This document shows, piece after piece, positions 1 to 16,619 of a stretch of 64,000 nt of DNA. The DNA comes from Macrostomum lignano. Lineage: Eukaryota. Below the pieces are notes generated by a model that was given only the letters and a program-made list of their open reading frames with translations, was not told where the DNA came from and ran no database searches. The stretch covers positions 46,356-110,355 of the forward strand of contig NIVC01003218.1 of assembly GCA_002269645.1 (NCBI GenBank), written 5' to 3'. A program made the position numbers and the translations under genes. Each line of letters starts with the position of its first letter. Position 1 is the first letter of the stretch.

Positions 1-414
1 CCGACACTGACACTCATGCAAATAAGGGCGATGCAAATTAGTGCCAAAACAGCTTGGCAGCGGCCCAGCAGCTCCCTAACTGCCTCCCGGGCAGGGGTCT
101 GCGAGCCTGCGGGATAAGCGACAGCCGCCCCCCCCACTTGAATAACTCGGCGACATGTGGCTCCGCCCGTCCTCCTCGCAGCAGTCATTAACTGCCGCCC
201 TCTGCCCCCTCTGACTCTCCTTCCTTCTCTGGTTCAAGCAGCCGGTTCCTTATCTTCGGGGGCGCTGGCTCTCAAGCTCTTTGTTGGCTATGATTTTTTC
301 AGCACATATTTGCTGCATGCATGATGATTACACTCAGTGTGCAGGTCCCGGAAGTAGTCACGATGGACTAGTTGCTAAGAGTAATTTCTGCTCAATCTGT
401 TTTTTTTAAAAGGC

Positions 415-672
415 TTAGCCTCGTTGCATGCTACACTGCCTAGTTCCAACTGCATTCTGCGATGCAGTCTGAGCATTACACATTATTCGTAGTTTATTCG
501 CGCTAAATAACTCAAAATCTGGACGAAAGTTGGCCTGATTGAATCGGCCATCTATCGGTGCCGCACGTACGCTGCTGTTCTCGAGAACGAAGTTGCCGAC
601 CTGCTGGTGCGGCGGTGGCTGGCCAGGCGCTGAGCTGTCTACTGAAGGCGCGCTGGAAACCTCCACCATCGA
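415..672 (-). CDS. Candidate terminal exon of the HUNK-like kinase
   Basis: Pyrimidine-rich acceptor ttttccctcttccag at 673, phase 0 (matches the end of exon 7), GC-rich open frame to TAA at 415. No family motif recognised. Confidence 0.3.
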   Translation of the reverse strand, partial: SMVEVSSAPSVDSSAPGQPPPHQQVGNFVLENSSVRAAPIDGRFNQANFRPDFELFSANKLRIMCNAQTASQNAVGTRQCSMQRG

Positions 673-900
673 CTGGAAGAGGGAAAATTTCGGGGGGAAT
701 GGGCCGAAGGCGAGTCACGGGAACTAGCTTCTATGGAGGAGTTACAATATTGCATTATTCGAAGTTCGATGTGAAAAATCTGTAATTGTCTATTTTGATT
801 CGAAAAAAAAGTTTTTCCATCTTTAATAGTTCATTTTCGACTTGAAACTCATCTATAAGCTATTTTCTTCGTGTTTAAATAAGGACATTTCCTGTTTCTA

Positions 901-1092
901 AAAAAGGCCGTTTTCTCCGCGTCCAAAAGGCCGTTTTACGCATAAAAAAGGCCGTTTTCTCCGCGTCCAAAAAGGGCCGTTTTCTCCGCGTCTGAAAAAG
1001 GCCGTTTTTTCCGCGTCCAAAAAAGCCGTTTTTACGCATCAAAAAGGGCCGTTTTTCTGTGTGTCCAAAAAGCCTGTTTTACGCAGAAAAAA
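901..1092. repeat. Degenerate ~24-bp tandem repeat (AAAAAGGGCCGTTTTCTCCGCGTCC-like)
   Basis: About 7 imperfect units visible. Confidence 0.8.
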
Positions 1093-1789
1093 ACGCAATT
1101 TTTTTCCTGTCAAAACCAAACTTTACTTCAACTATTCCCACTTTTGAGCTGATTACAGAATATTTTTATTACACTGAAATAAAACACTGCGTGTAAAAAA
1201 GTCGCCAAAAACGCGTGCGCTCCAAGGGTTAGTGACGCTTGCTAGCGAAGTTTGAACGCTCATTTAGCCGAGACGAATAGAAAACAAAGCACTACGCTTG
1301 TATTTGATAAGCTCAATGAACTGCTACTTGCTAAATTTACTTGGCCCATGAAAGCGTTTACAGGGTTCGCTAGTTAAGCAGCTAGCTACTGGCACTTCGC
1401 AATCCTTGCTGCGGCATCATTGCTGCAGACCAATGCCCAGTCTCTCTGCTCAGAGAGCCGACTCAAACTGATCCTTAAACTCAAACTGCTAACATAAGAT
1501 GAGCAAGCCGCTCCAGTTCTGAAATAATTATTAAACAGCTCTGCCTTTCCTTTGTGAGTCTGCAATAGTATAAACAAATAGAAATAGGAGTATGCCACGC
1601 AGAAAGTTTAGGATTAAAATATGAAAGTATACACTGACGAAAGCGATAACACGCTTTTGCGAATCACATTTATACAATAAGATAATTGTTGGATAATACA
1701 TGTATGGCGTCTGCTTAGAGCACCCATAATTTTTTATCAATGCGGCTTTTTATTGCTAAACGCTATCAGTATCAACAGATTGAATCAAT

Positions 1790-2105
1790 ATCCCAGACGT
1801 AGAATACTGATGTAGAATCCCCATCCCGGACGCAGAATACAGGATATAGAATCCCTATCCCGGACGTAGAATACTGGATATAGAATCCCTATCCCGGACG
1901 TAGAATACTGGATATAGAATCCCTATCCCGGACGTAGAATACAGGATATAGAATCCCTATCCCGGACGTAGAATACTGGATATAGAATCCCCATCCCGAA
2001 CGTAGAATGCAGGATTTAGAATCCCCATCCCGGACGTAGAATACAGGATTTAGAATCCACATCCCGAACGTAGAAAACCAAACGTAGAGTCCCCATCTCG
2101 GATGT
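1790..2105. repeat. 34-bp minisatellite (CGGACGTAGAATACTGGATATAGAATCCCTATCC), just downstream of kinase exon 7
   Basis: About 8 units; same family as 4824-5360. Confidence 0.92.
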
Positions 2106-2207
2106 TGAACCTCTGTTTTTGATAAAAACCCTTTCCGTCCCGTAAGTTGCGTCAGCAATGCGGCATTCCTTTCCGGCTGTCCCCTTGTTTCTCGCACCCA
2201 GCCTCAC

Positions 2208-6861
<4,654 letters not shown>

Positions 6862-7921
6862 CGGGCAGCTCGCCGACACGGGCAGCCGCTACTGGATCAG
6901 CATTCGTCAGTCTCTTTGTTCGGATGCGAGGAGAGCTGCTAAAAATTTACTGCAGGCGCAGCGCCGACCGTCTGTCTGTGGCCACTCCCGCTGGCAGCCC
7001 CGCCGGATTAAGTGGTCCGGCCGCCGCCACCCCAGCCTCCGCCCCTGTCTGCGGGTTTCCATAGGGTACGCGGCGACCAGTCGCCGACTTTCTAGCAGGC
7101 TGAGAAAGACCAGCATGAGCCTCTCTCTCTCTCGCCCAGCCCGCGAGCGAGCAGTGTTCTGTTTCAGCCTCGCCCATGAGACCCTCTCCGTCTTGCTGCC
7201 CTCTCTCGGATGCGGCTTCTCCTATTCCCAGTCTCTTTCTCCCTCGGCCGCCTCTCTCTCTCTCCGGGTTCCTCTTGACACCGACTGATCCCCCGTGGCC
7301 GCCGCCTCCCGAGCCGGCCGCCCCGCCCTCGGGACCGAGTTTTTAATCGGCTGATCGACGACTGGCGTCCCCTCTAGCTCTCTCTCTTTCTCCTCTCTCT
7401 GCGTTTATTCCAGCATTAGCGAGCCCAGCCCGCTCTGTTGCATTGCGCTCGCTTCGTCTGTTTCCAAATCCCAACTCCGATGCAAAAAATGACTCGGCAG
7501 CAACTGACTCAGCAGTCAACGCTTCATCTTCAAATTCCTTTCGTCTACTCTTGCCCCTAAATATCTGATATTGAATATATCTACGATACTACTAGGAAGC
7601 TCATCATTCAGTAGTATAGTTAGGATGCTTCGGATGAGTAAACGATGAGTTTGCGTGAGTAGGTCTTGTGTCTGCAACTTCATTATCTGGGCACCTTTAT
7701 CGATTGTTTCAACTCAACTCGAAACTGTTTAAGCACAAATAATTAATAATTAATTTCCGAAGACTCACGGCTGGAGTTTCAACCCCAGTTGAAGGGGAAA
7801 AGAAATTCGAAAAAAACACGGGATAACATTGAAAAAGTTTCCGTCTCAGTCTTTATAAAAGCGGACATTTTCAAAGGCCTGCAGAGCGGCAAGACCAGTG
7901 ACAAGCATTGCCGGTTCTGAC

Positions 7922-10900
7922 ATGCCTAACAAAACTCAGGCAACGGAGGCCGAGGCCAGCGGTGGCCTGACGGTCCTCCGGGCCCTGGAACTCGCCACCC
8001 GCGATCTGACGGCGCCCGGACTCGCGAACGCTGCCACCAGCGAGCGTCTTCACGTGCGCTGCCTGTGGCTGCTGGTGTTTGCGGCCTGTCTCGGTGTGTT
8101 CTTCTTCCACCTGTCGCTCCTCGGCGGCCGCCTCGCCTCCCGGGAGGTCGCTTCCACCTTCGAAGCGGAGAGCGTGGACTTCGAGCCGCCCGACATGTAC
8201 TTCTGCCCAGAGCAACCGATTTCTGGCAGCTACTTCTTGAACTTGACGAAGGCCCAGGCTGATCTGGTGAACAGCATACTGAATGACACCCTGGGGCGAT
8301 TTCTTCACATGGTTGAAAATTCGTCGCTGAACCAGAGTGAGAAAGAACGGTAAGGCCTTTAGTATCAATGCACCTGCGGACATGGAAATCTTGCAGCGTT
8401 GAAGAAGGCTACGCTCCGTTTTCTTAGAAACGAGCTGGGGGCCGCTGAATGAGGTTTCGACATGGACAAGTTCAGTCAAAAAAATCCGATCTCTCGTGAG
8501 CAGTCCATGCCCACAGACTAATATAGCTAGCTCGTAATAAGTAGGCCTTTAGTACGAGCGTACCAGTACACGAAAATTCACTCAATGACACATTAATGCG
8601 ATCTTTAGTACCAGTGTGTCGCAAAGTTATTTAGAAGACCACATGCTCTTGTCCGTAAAGTCAGGCTACTCTAGTATGTTACTTATAAGAGATGTGGCTT
8701 GCAGCAGAATCCAGCATTGAGAACGGGGCTGTCTTTGGAGCCAGATTACAATGCTTTTAAAATCGCCCAAAACGTTCTCATTAAATTAAGCGTTTGATAA
8801 GGACTGAAAATTCAATGAAGGCGAGTTTTAATTTCAAAACTCTGCTCCATAAAAGATTGACTGGCACCAAAACTTCTAAATGACTTTAACTCAAATCTGC
8901 AGCCTCTTCAGGGAGAGCTCGGCCGAGGTGGCCGTGACCTCACTGCCGTTCTGGCTGCTGACGGACCTACTGGGCCATCGGGCGGAGCAGACCTTCATCT
9001 CGGCTCGACTTATCGATCCTTCGAGAGGACTCGACGCTTCTCAGGCAAGGGGCGCACCGGGGCACTGCTCACCAGGGCTTGAAGCGATTGACTAAAAATA
9101 GACACCATCACATCAATTTCTCACGGGCAGCCGCACCAGCTCTCATTAAAGCTCTATTTTTGAGTCCTTTAGACTCGGTTTGTTTGTCGTTTGTGCGTTT
9201 TTCGAACGAGTTTTTGTGCCTCACGAATTGGAAGTGATTTGATTTGCATCGATTTTGCCTGCAGCGTGTCAGATTGTTTAAGATTTGCAAATTCCAAAGT
9301 GACTGTGGATAAAATTAGTACGGTCTGTGAGATCTGGAAAATTGTCTTCCAGACACGATTTTTAGAATTAGCACCGGTGGACTGGAAGCTACTCTTGGAA
9401 GGTAGAAGGTGGAAACGCCCCCCCCTTTGACGCCAGTGTAGCAACAATTTTTGAAAATTTACACTTCGAAGATGGGTCAAGATTTATCACCTGTTTGAGA
9501 AATTATTTGCCGTCTGAAAGTTTTAAAAGATTTTTTGAAGGTGCTCCACTCTAGACGCCTCGTTCCTATCCTGAATGAGGGGGTGGGTGACTTGTGAGCC
9601 GGATTTGATTGGCTGGCTGAGGAGTGGGGTGGGTTGGTGACTTGTGATCCGGATTTGATTGGCTGGCTAAGGAGTGGGGTGGGTTGGTGACTTGTGATCC
9701 GGATTTGATTGGCTGGCTGAGGAGTGGAGGGGGTTGGTGACTTGTGATCCGGATTTGATTGGCTGGCTGAGGAGTGGGGTGGGTTGGTGACTTGTGATCC
9801 GGATTTGATTGGCTGGCTAAGGAGTGGGGTGGGTTGGTGACTTGTGATCAGGATTTGATTGGCTGGCTGAGGAGTGGAGGGGGTTGGTGACTTGTGATCC
9901 GGATTTGATTGGCTGGCTGAGGAGTGGGGTGGGTTGGTGACTTGTAAGCCGGATTTGATTGGCTGGCTGAGGAGTGGGGTGGGTTGGTGACTTGTGAGCC
10001 GGATTTGATTGGTTGGCTGAGGAGTGGGGTGGGTTTGTGACTTGTAAGCCGGATTTGATTGGCTGGCTGAGGAGTGGGGTGGGTTGGTGACTTGTAAGCC
10101 GGATTTGATTGGCTGGCTAAGGAGTGGGGTGGGTTGGTGACTTGTGAGCTGGCTTTGATTGGCTGGGTGAATAGTGTGGTAGGCGACTTGAGCGTTGGCT
10201 CTCATGGGCGTAAATCGCACAGGGCGCAGAGCAAAACTGCCAAATTTAAGCTTCGGTTAAGAATACCATTGTTAAATTATTTTGCTAAGCCATTCACTCA
10301 AACTCCATCCAGGACCTGACGATGCGACCGTTCCCCCATCCGGAGCACGTGACCTGCTTCCGCGCCGAGCTCACGCCGGCCAACCGCAGCCGAATGCGCA
10401 GTCTGGAAGTCTACGCCGACTTCCAGCTGCTGCTGGACCGGTTCCACGCCTGGCTGCCCCGAGGCCCCAATGCGGTGCTTAGCCTGCTGCACTGGTGGCC
10501 AGCCGACAGCCCGCCTACGCCACTGATGCCCTCGGACTGGACGCTGGTTGACCTGCTGCCGCTGGACAGGGCCGCCGGCATCCGACTGTACCTCCCCGGC
10601 GCAGGCGAGTACCCGAGCGGCCGGTTCGCTGCCAGCTTCCTGCTGCGGCCCGGCCAGCTGTACGACCTGCGCCTGACCATGCAGGACACCGAGCGGGCGG
10701 CCGACCGCGAGATCGCCGCCTGTCTGGAGAGGCCTCCGAGCTTCGGCGAAGTTGGCGCCGCGGTGTTTGTCAGCCCTCGCGACGGCAGCCCGCAGGAGTT
10801 CAACTACTCGATGGTGAGATCGAATACTGTGACTGTGCTGAGATTGTGATGTGACTGTGCTGTGACTGTGATGTGACTGTGCTGTGACTGTGATGTGACT

Positions 10901-12829
10901 GTGCTGTGATTGTAATGTGACTGTGCTGTGACTGTGATGTGACTGTGCTGTGATTGTAATGTGACTGTGCTGTGATTGTGATGTGACTGTGCTGTGATTG
11001 TGATGTGACTGTGCTGTGATTGTGATGTGACTGTGCTGTGACTGTGATGTGACTGTGCTGTGATTGTAATGTGACTGTGCTGTGATTGTGATGTGACTGT
11101 GCTGTGATTGTGATGTGACTGTGCTGTGATTGTGATGTGACTGTGCTGTGACTGTGATGTGACTGTGCTGTGATTGTAATGTGACTGTGCTGTGATTGTG
11201 ATGTGACTGTGCTGTGACTGTGATGTGACTGTGCTGTGACTGTGATGTGACTGTGCTGAGATTGCAATGTAACTGTGCTGTGATTGTGATGTGACTGTGC
11301 TGTGACTGTGATGTGACTGTGCTGTGATTGTGATGTGACTGTGCTGGGATTTTGATGTGACTGTGCTGTGATTGTGATGTGACTGTGCTGTGACTGTGAT
11401 GTGACTGTGCTGTGACTGTGATGTGACTGTGCTGAGATTGCAATGTAACTGTGCTGTGATTGTGATGTGACTGTGCTGTGACTGTGATGTGACTGTGCTG
11501 TGATTGTGATGTGACTGTGCTGGGATTTTGATGTGACTGTGCTGTGATTGTGATGTGACTGTGGTGAGATTGTGATGTGACTGTGGTGAGATTGTGATGT
11601 GACTGTGCTGTGACTGTGATGTAACTGTGCTGTGATTGTGATGTGACTGTGCTGGGATTTTGATGTGACTGTGCTGTGATTGTGATGTGACTGTGGTGAG
11701 ATTGTGATGTGACTGTGGTGAGATTGTGATGTGACGGTGGTGAGACTGTGCTGTGATTGTGATGTGACTGTGGTGAGATTGTGATGTGACAGAGGTGTGA
11801 ATGCGATGTAACTGTGCTACAGTGGTGATCCCATCACTGCAGTTAATTTCAAAAGGGTAGAAGAGAATGCTTCATCCTAAAGTCGGCCAGCACTTATCAA
11901 AAGCTTGGGAGAGTTTTCAAGCACAGCTGTGAGTCTGATCCCGGACGGATCTAATTTTAGGCCAGTGAAAGCCCCGCTCTGTCTCAGCTGGGCTCGAATT
12001 TCCTTATCTTATTTTTGGCTTCGAAGGAGCTTCGGCTTCTGTTCGCTCCCCTGGTTCTGTTCCGAGGTCAGGTCAGCTGCCACACGCTCGCGTCGAACCA
12101 CCACCCCTCCTCCCCCGAAATGCTCAGGCCGCCTGCTACTTCGCCGATCTGGCGCGGCAGTCTCGCGACCAGCTCAACTGCAGCCGGGCGCCGTTCCCGC
12201 AGCCCTGGGACCGGCGGGGCATCCGACTGCGCCGCTGCCTCAACCTGACCGACATGCCCGACGACGAAGAGGCGGTGCGGGCGCTGCAGAGCCAGTGGGG
12301 CCGCCCCTTCCAGCTGGTCGATCCGTCGAACGCCTGCGCCGCCAGCCGGCTGTGCCGGAGCCGCAGCTACGGGGTGCAGCTGTCCGCCGCCAGCTGGCCG
12401 GCTGCGGAATCGGCCACCCGCTTCGTTCGCCAGACACTCGGTGGCGCCAGACTTCAGCGCTCTGGCAGCCACCTGCCCGCCTGGGACTTCCTGCTGGACC
12501 TGTGCCACAGCTCCGATGTCGAGATTGAGCAGTCGGACAGCAGCAACGAGTTCCGAGCTCACCTGGACGCCTCGCTGATGCGAGTTCAAATCCGCTCGGG
12601 TGAAGCCCGGAGCACCCGATTGACTCTCGGCCGCGGCTACACCTGGGCGACCTTCTGGGCCGACACAGGCGGCATTCTGGGCCTCTACCTGGGATGGAGT
12701 GTTCTCACACTGTTTGAGCTGCTCCAGTTTGTACACGACCTGGTTGCTGCCGTCAGGAATAGCCGCACCATTGATTCAAATCAACAGCTCGGAGAGGGGC
12801 AGGTGAATCAGTTCGGATTGGCTGGCTGA
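7922..12829 (+). CDS. Divergent DEG/ENaC (amiloride-sensitive channel family) subunit, about 590 aa
   Basis: Exons 7922-8349, 8903-9044 (GC donor inferred), 10313-10813, 12128-12829 (1773 nt, in frame). TM1 RCLWLLVFAACLGVFFFHL; post-TM1 FEPPDMYFC; LGHRAEQTFIS; PHPEHVTCF; AGIRLYL...SFLLRPG; NYSMAAC; TM2 YTWATFWADTGGILGLYLGWSVLTLFELL. Confidence 0.85.
9577..10168. repeat. 50-bp minisatellite (GGATTTGATTGGCTGGCTGAGGAGTGGGGTGGGTTGGTGACTTGTGAGCC)
   Basis: About 12 units in channel intron 2. Confidence 0.95.
10826..11815. repeat. 22-bp minisatellite with 11-bp subunits (GTGACTGTGCTGTGATTGTGAT)
   Basis: About 45 units filling channel intron 3. Confidence 0.95.
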
Positions 12830-13237
12830 GGAGTGGGGTGGGTTGGTGACTTGTAAGCCGGATTTGATTGGCTGGCTGAAAAGTGGGGTGGGTTGGTGAC
12901 TTGTGAGCCGGATTTGATTGGCTGGCTGAAAAGTGGGGTGGGTTGGTGACTTGTGATCCGGATTTGATTGGCTGGCTGAAAAGTGGGGTGGGTTGGTGAC
13001 TTGTGAGCCGGATTTGATTGGCTGGCTGAAAAGTGGGGTGGGTTGGTGACTTGTGAGCTGGATTTGATTGGCTGGCTGAGGAGTGGGGTGGGTTGGTGAC
13101 TTGTGAGCCGGATTTGATTGGCTGTCTGAGGAGTGGGGTGGGTTGGTGACTTGTGAGCTAGATTTGATTGGCTGGCTGAGGAGTGGGATGGGTTGGTGAC
13201 TTGTGAGCTAGATTTGATTGGCTGGCTGAGGAGTGAG
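12815..13237. repeat. Second array of the same 50-bp minisatellite, at the 3' end of the channel gene
   Basis: About 8 units, same orientation as 9577-10168. Confidence 0.95.
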
Positions 13238-14000
13238 ATGAGTGAACTGTCAAAGTGTTTCAAGTCAAAAAAGCAGTGGTATGCGTGATTCCAATATAAT
13301 ACAGGTGTTAATACTGACTTATTTTAAATAGTAATTTAAAGTATAATTTTGTTAAGTTTTGAACTACGCTGCCATACTTTGGTTACAGCGGCTGAGCCTG
13401 GCGCCCTCTTTCCAGTTTATTAAAAATGATTAATAATGAATCATCGCTCACGACTGAAAGCGATTGCTATAAAAATCATTGTAGATTTAAAAATAAACTT
13501 GGAAGTACTTTTCTCTAAAAAAAACTGTTTTTAACCAACAGGTTGAATCTTCTTGCCTTTCCAAAAAAAATAAAATCGAAAACAGAAAAACAAACAAAAA
13601 GTTTACATTTTCAGCGGCGGATTAACCAACTAAACAAAGAAATTTCCCGTAATTTTTTTTTCAATGTAGTTCGCAAAACTTCACAATCTGCTTCCGTGTG
13701 AGTGGGAAACATTTGAAATCTGCTTTTATCGTGTTGAGAATCCGACAAGCTGTTCGTCAACAGAAACTTTGTCAACAAAAAAAATATTTTTTGCTCTTTT
13801 AAATTACAAAATCAATATATTTCGTCGCTTAAGGGGTTCGTTTTCCCTTTCTGGGCCGCGTCTGCCGGTCTTTTGTGCCACTTGCTTTTACTCTGCGTTA
13901 GTCTTTTGGGGTTTAAAGTCCCTGATTTAATCCAAGATCCGGTTGCCAATGCAACGGAGCTTTTGTCTATGGTAGCAAAGCTGGCACAGCGTCATCTAAT

Positions 14001-14467
14001 TTGGTCCAACAAGCATCAATTTGGTCCAACAAGCATCAATTTGGTCCAACAAGCATCAATTTGGTCCAACAAGCATCAATTTGGTCCAACAAGCATCAAT
14101 TTGGTCCAACAAGCATCAATTTGGTCCAACAAGCATCAATTTGGTCCAACAAGCATCAATTTGGTCCAACAAGCATCAATTTGGTCCAACAAGCATCAAT
14201 TTGGTCCAACAAGCATCAATTTGGTCCAACAAGCATCAATTTGGTCCAACAAGCATCAATTTGGTCCAACAAGCATCAATTTGGTCCAACAAGCATCAAT
14301 TTGGTCCAACAAGCATCAATTTGGTCCAACAAGCATCAATTTGGTCCAACAAGCATCAATTTGGTCCAACAAGCATCAATTTGGTCCAACAAGCATCAAT
14401 TTGGTCCAACAAGCATCAATTTGGTCCAACAAGCATCAATTTGGTCCAACAAGCATCAATTTGGTCC
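14001..14467. repeat. Perfect 20-bp tandem array (TTGGTCCAACAAGCATCAAT) x23
   Basis: 23 identical units plus a partial unit; no spacers. Confidence 0.98.
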
Positions 14468-14529
14468 ATATAGATTCATTCGCAACTGCTGTGGAAAAGC
14501 AGATCAGTCCCTCAGAATTGTGGACCATA

Positions 14530-15100
14530 TGCTGGGCTGTCGAACGAGTGTGATCGAAGCGCTCAACAGAGATGAACGCCCAAATGACATTGCAAGGTTG
14601 CTGAATGTAACAGAAAAGGCGGTGCAAGCAGAGATCGCCTGCGAAAGGGTAGCAATCGCCAAGGCAAGTTGCAGGAGCCTCAGGTCCAACTGCTACTCGA
14701 TGCAGTTGAGACGAACCCTTTGTTGACATTGAAGAAAATGCAGCAGAATTTAAAGAAACAGTTCCAGCTTTCGACTATCAGCAGAGCTTTGGAAAAGTGA
14801 CTGAAAATTGCTGGTAGAGACGCTGAACTTCCAGCGGTACGCAACAATCGCAGACGGTTGCGAGAAGGTAAGAGTTTGCCGAATGGCTCACGAGCGATTG
14901 GACCAAATTGAATGCCGCAGTGCCAGCCTTGCTACCATAGACAAAAGCTCCATTACCGTATATTGGATTAACTTCAATGTATGTAAGCCCAAATGGTAAT
15001 GCTATATTAAAAAGGGGTCTTTAAATGTGAAGACAATACTTGGGCAATTTTGAGAAATGGGTCTTTCTCAAGGCTCACCTGCCAGAGAAAATGCACCGGT
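14530..15100 (+). mobile_element. Degenerate Tc1/IS630-like transposase remnant
   Basis: Frameshifted and stop-interrupted segments: HTH-like RTSVIEALNRDERPNDIARLLNVTEKAV; NPLLTLKKMQQNL..QLSTISRALE; EFAEWL; a VY/YI..NFNV segment resembling the first catalytic-Asp motif. No TIRs identified. Confidence 0.5.
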
Positions 15101-16187
15101 GCTCGGCGCTTCTGTGTGGTTATTTTTAGCTGCGATCATCTCTCTTCCCGAAGCATCTCCCCAGTCGTTAGGCTCGGAGAAGTTCGCCCCGTGTCCTGAC
15201 TGCGGCTCAGCTAATCAAGGGGTTCGGCGAGACCAGCGAGGTGCGAAGAGGCCAGATCGAGTTGCTAAGGGGGACAGCCGAGTGCCGCCGAGCTGGAGTG
15301 GCGCCAATCACTCACGCTTGGTTCCCCAGCAGCGGGCAAGGGGCCATGGAGCTCTGGACACAACATCTGGACTGCAGTGCGTTCATTCACTGTACACACA
15401 ACACAAAGTCAGTAGAATTAAAGACTCCATAACCAGAGGCTAGTTCTATTTAAGATCATAATTCTCACTGGTTTCTCGAACAAGTCGGCGTTTCCACTCC
15501 AGACAGCTCGTTCTAGAACTCCACGGCCCAGCGGTCAGGTGGACTGGCTTATATTCGAACTGAACAAACTAAATTAGCCATTTCACTGAGAGTACCTGAG
15601 TAAACCGCTGTTAAACACTGCAGGGTAATGCTTGTTAAGCATAGAGCACACAATCAATTCGATCGAGTTAGTGGCCTCAAAGTTCAGGCTGCAGTCAGAG
15701 AGAGGAAACCTCCCGGTTCACCCTCCGGTGGTCACCCGCTGGAGCACCTCTAGGCCCGAAGGAAAGGCTCCATCCGCCTGATACTATAGAATTAATTATG
15801 CATGCAGAATCCGAATACGGAAAGCAGGAACGGAAGAAATTTCCTGTCAAGGGATTTTCTCCCGGCCGGAAGTACCCTACCCAGGGGGACTTCGAGTAGT
15901 CGTCGGGAGGAGGTCCAAGTGGACGGTAGAAATTCGATGCATGCTGGCAGTGGCTGAGAAAATGAAATCGGTTCTCCAGCGCTGGAGTCAAGTGCGTCAG
16001 AAGTCTGTCTGAAGTCTCGCAGTTTCGATTCATTTGGTGAAGGCAGCCGCAACTCACAAGGAGAAGCGTGTTTTGCCATCGCATAATTATTGCATCGATG
16101 AGTCGGCATGCTTTACTGTAGCAATTTCGCAAATCAACGTGGCGCTGAGCAGATATGTACACATGCCACACATTCACGCAGGCCAAA

Positions 16188-16372
16188 CACAGACAACAAT
16201 GACCAACGCAGACAACAATGACCAACACAGCCGATAACAGAGACCAAAACAGACAAACATTGACCAATACGGACAACAATGACCAACGCAGACAACAATG
16301 ACCAACGCAGACAACAATGACCAACGCGGACAACAATGACCAACACAGACAACAATGACCAACGCAGACAAA
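16188..16372. repeat. 19-bp tandem repeat (CAGACAACAATGACCAACG)
   Basis: About 9 imperfect units. Confidence 0.88.
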
Positions 16373-16619
16373 GAGGCACCAGACAAGTGGTTGCTACTTT
16401 CATTTTATAGCTTTTATTGTCGGCTTTTGTGTATTTCTTTGATAATTGATCTCAAGTTTGCCAGATCTGCTGCTATCGCAACGCGCCAGATAATGAGAGG
16501 GTAAGCCGGGGGATCAGAGAGCGAGGCGCTTCGCCTCTCTCCAAGCAGAAGGATTAAAGTTGAAAGTTTTTGACCACCGATACTCCTTCAGTTCGTCGTA
16601 GACGTTCGCGCCAACTCGT

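Noticed and set aside
1386-1565. Possible kinase exon after a strong acceptor (THKGKAELFNNYF...)
   Set aside because: No kinase-tail similarity. KAELFNNYF instead recalls a LINE ORF2 fragment, but it is too short to call.
14001-14467. CRISPR-like regular array
   Set aside because: Units are contiguous and identical with no spacers; the context is eukaryotic with no cas genes.
15900-16080. LINE C-terminal zinc-knuckle-like text (RNC...ENRFHFLSHC) on the minus strand
   Set aside because: The Cys spacing is incomplete and there are no RT motifs nearby.
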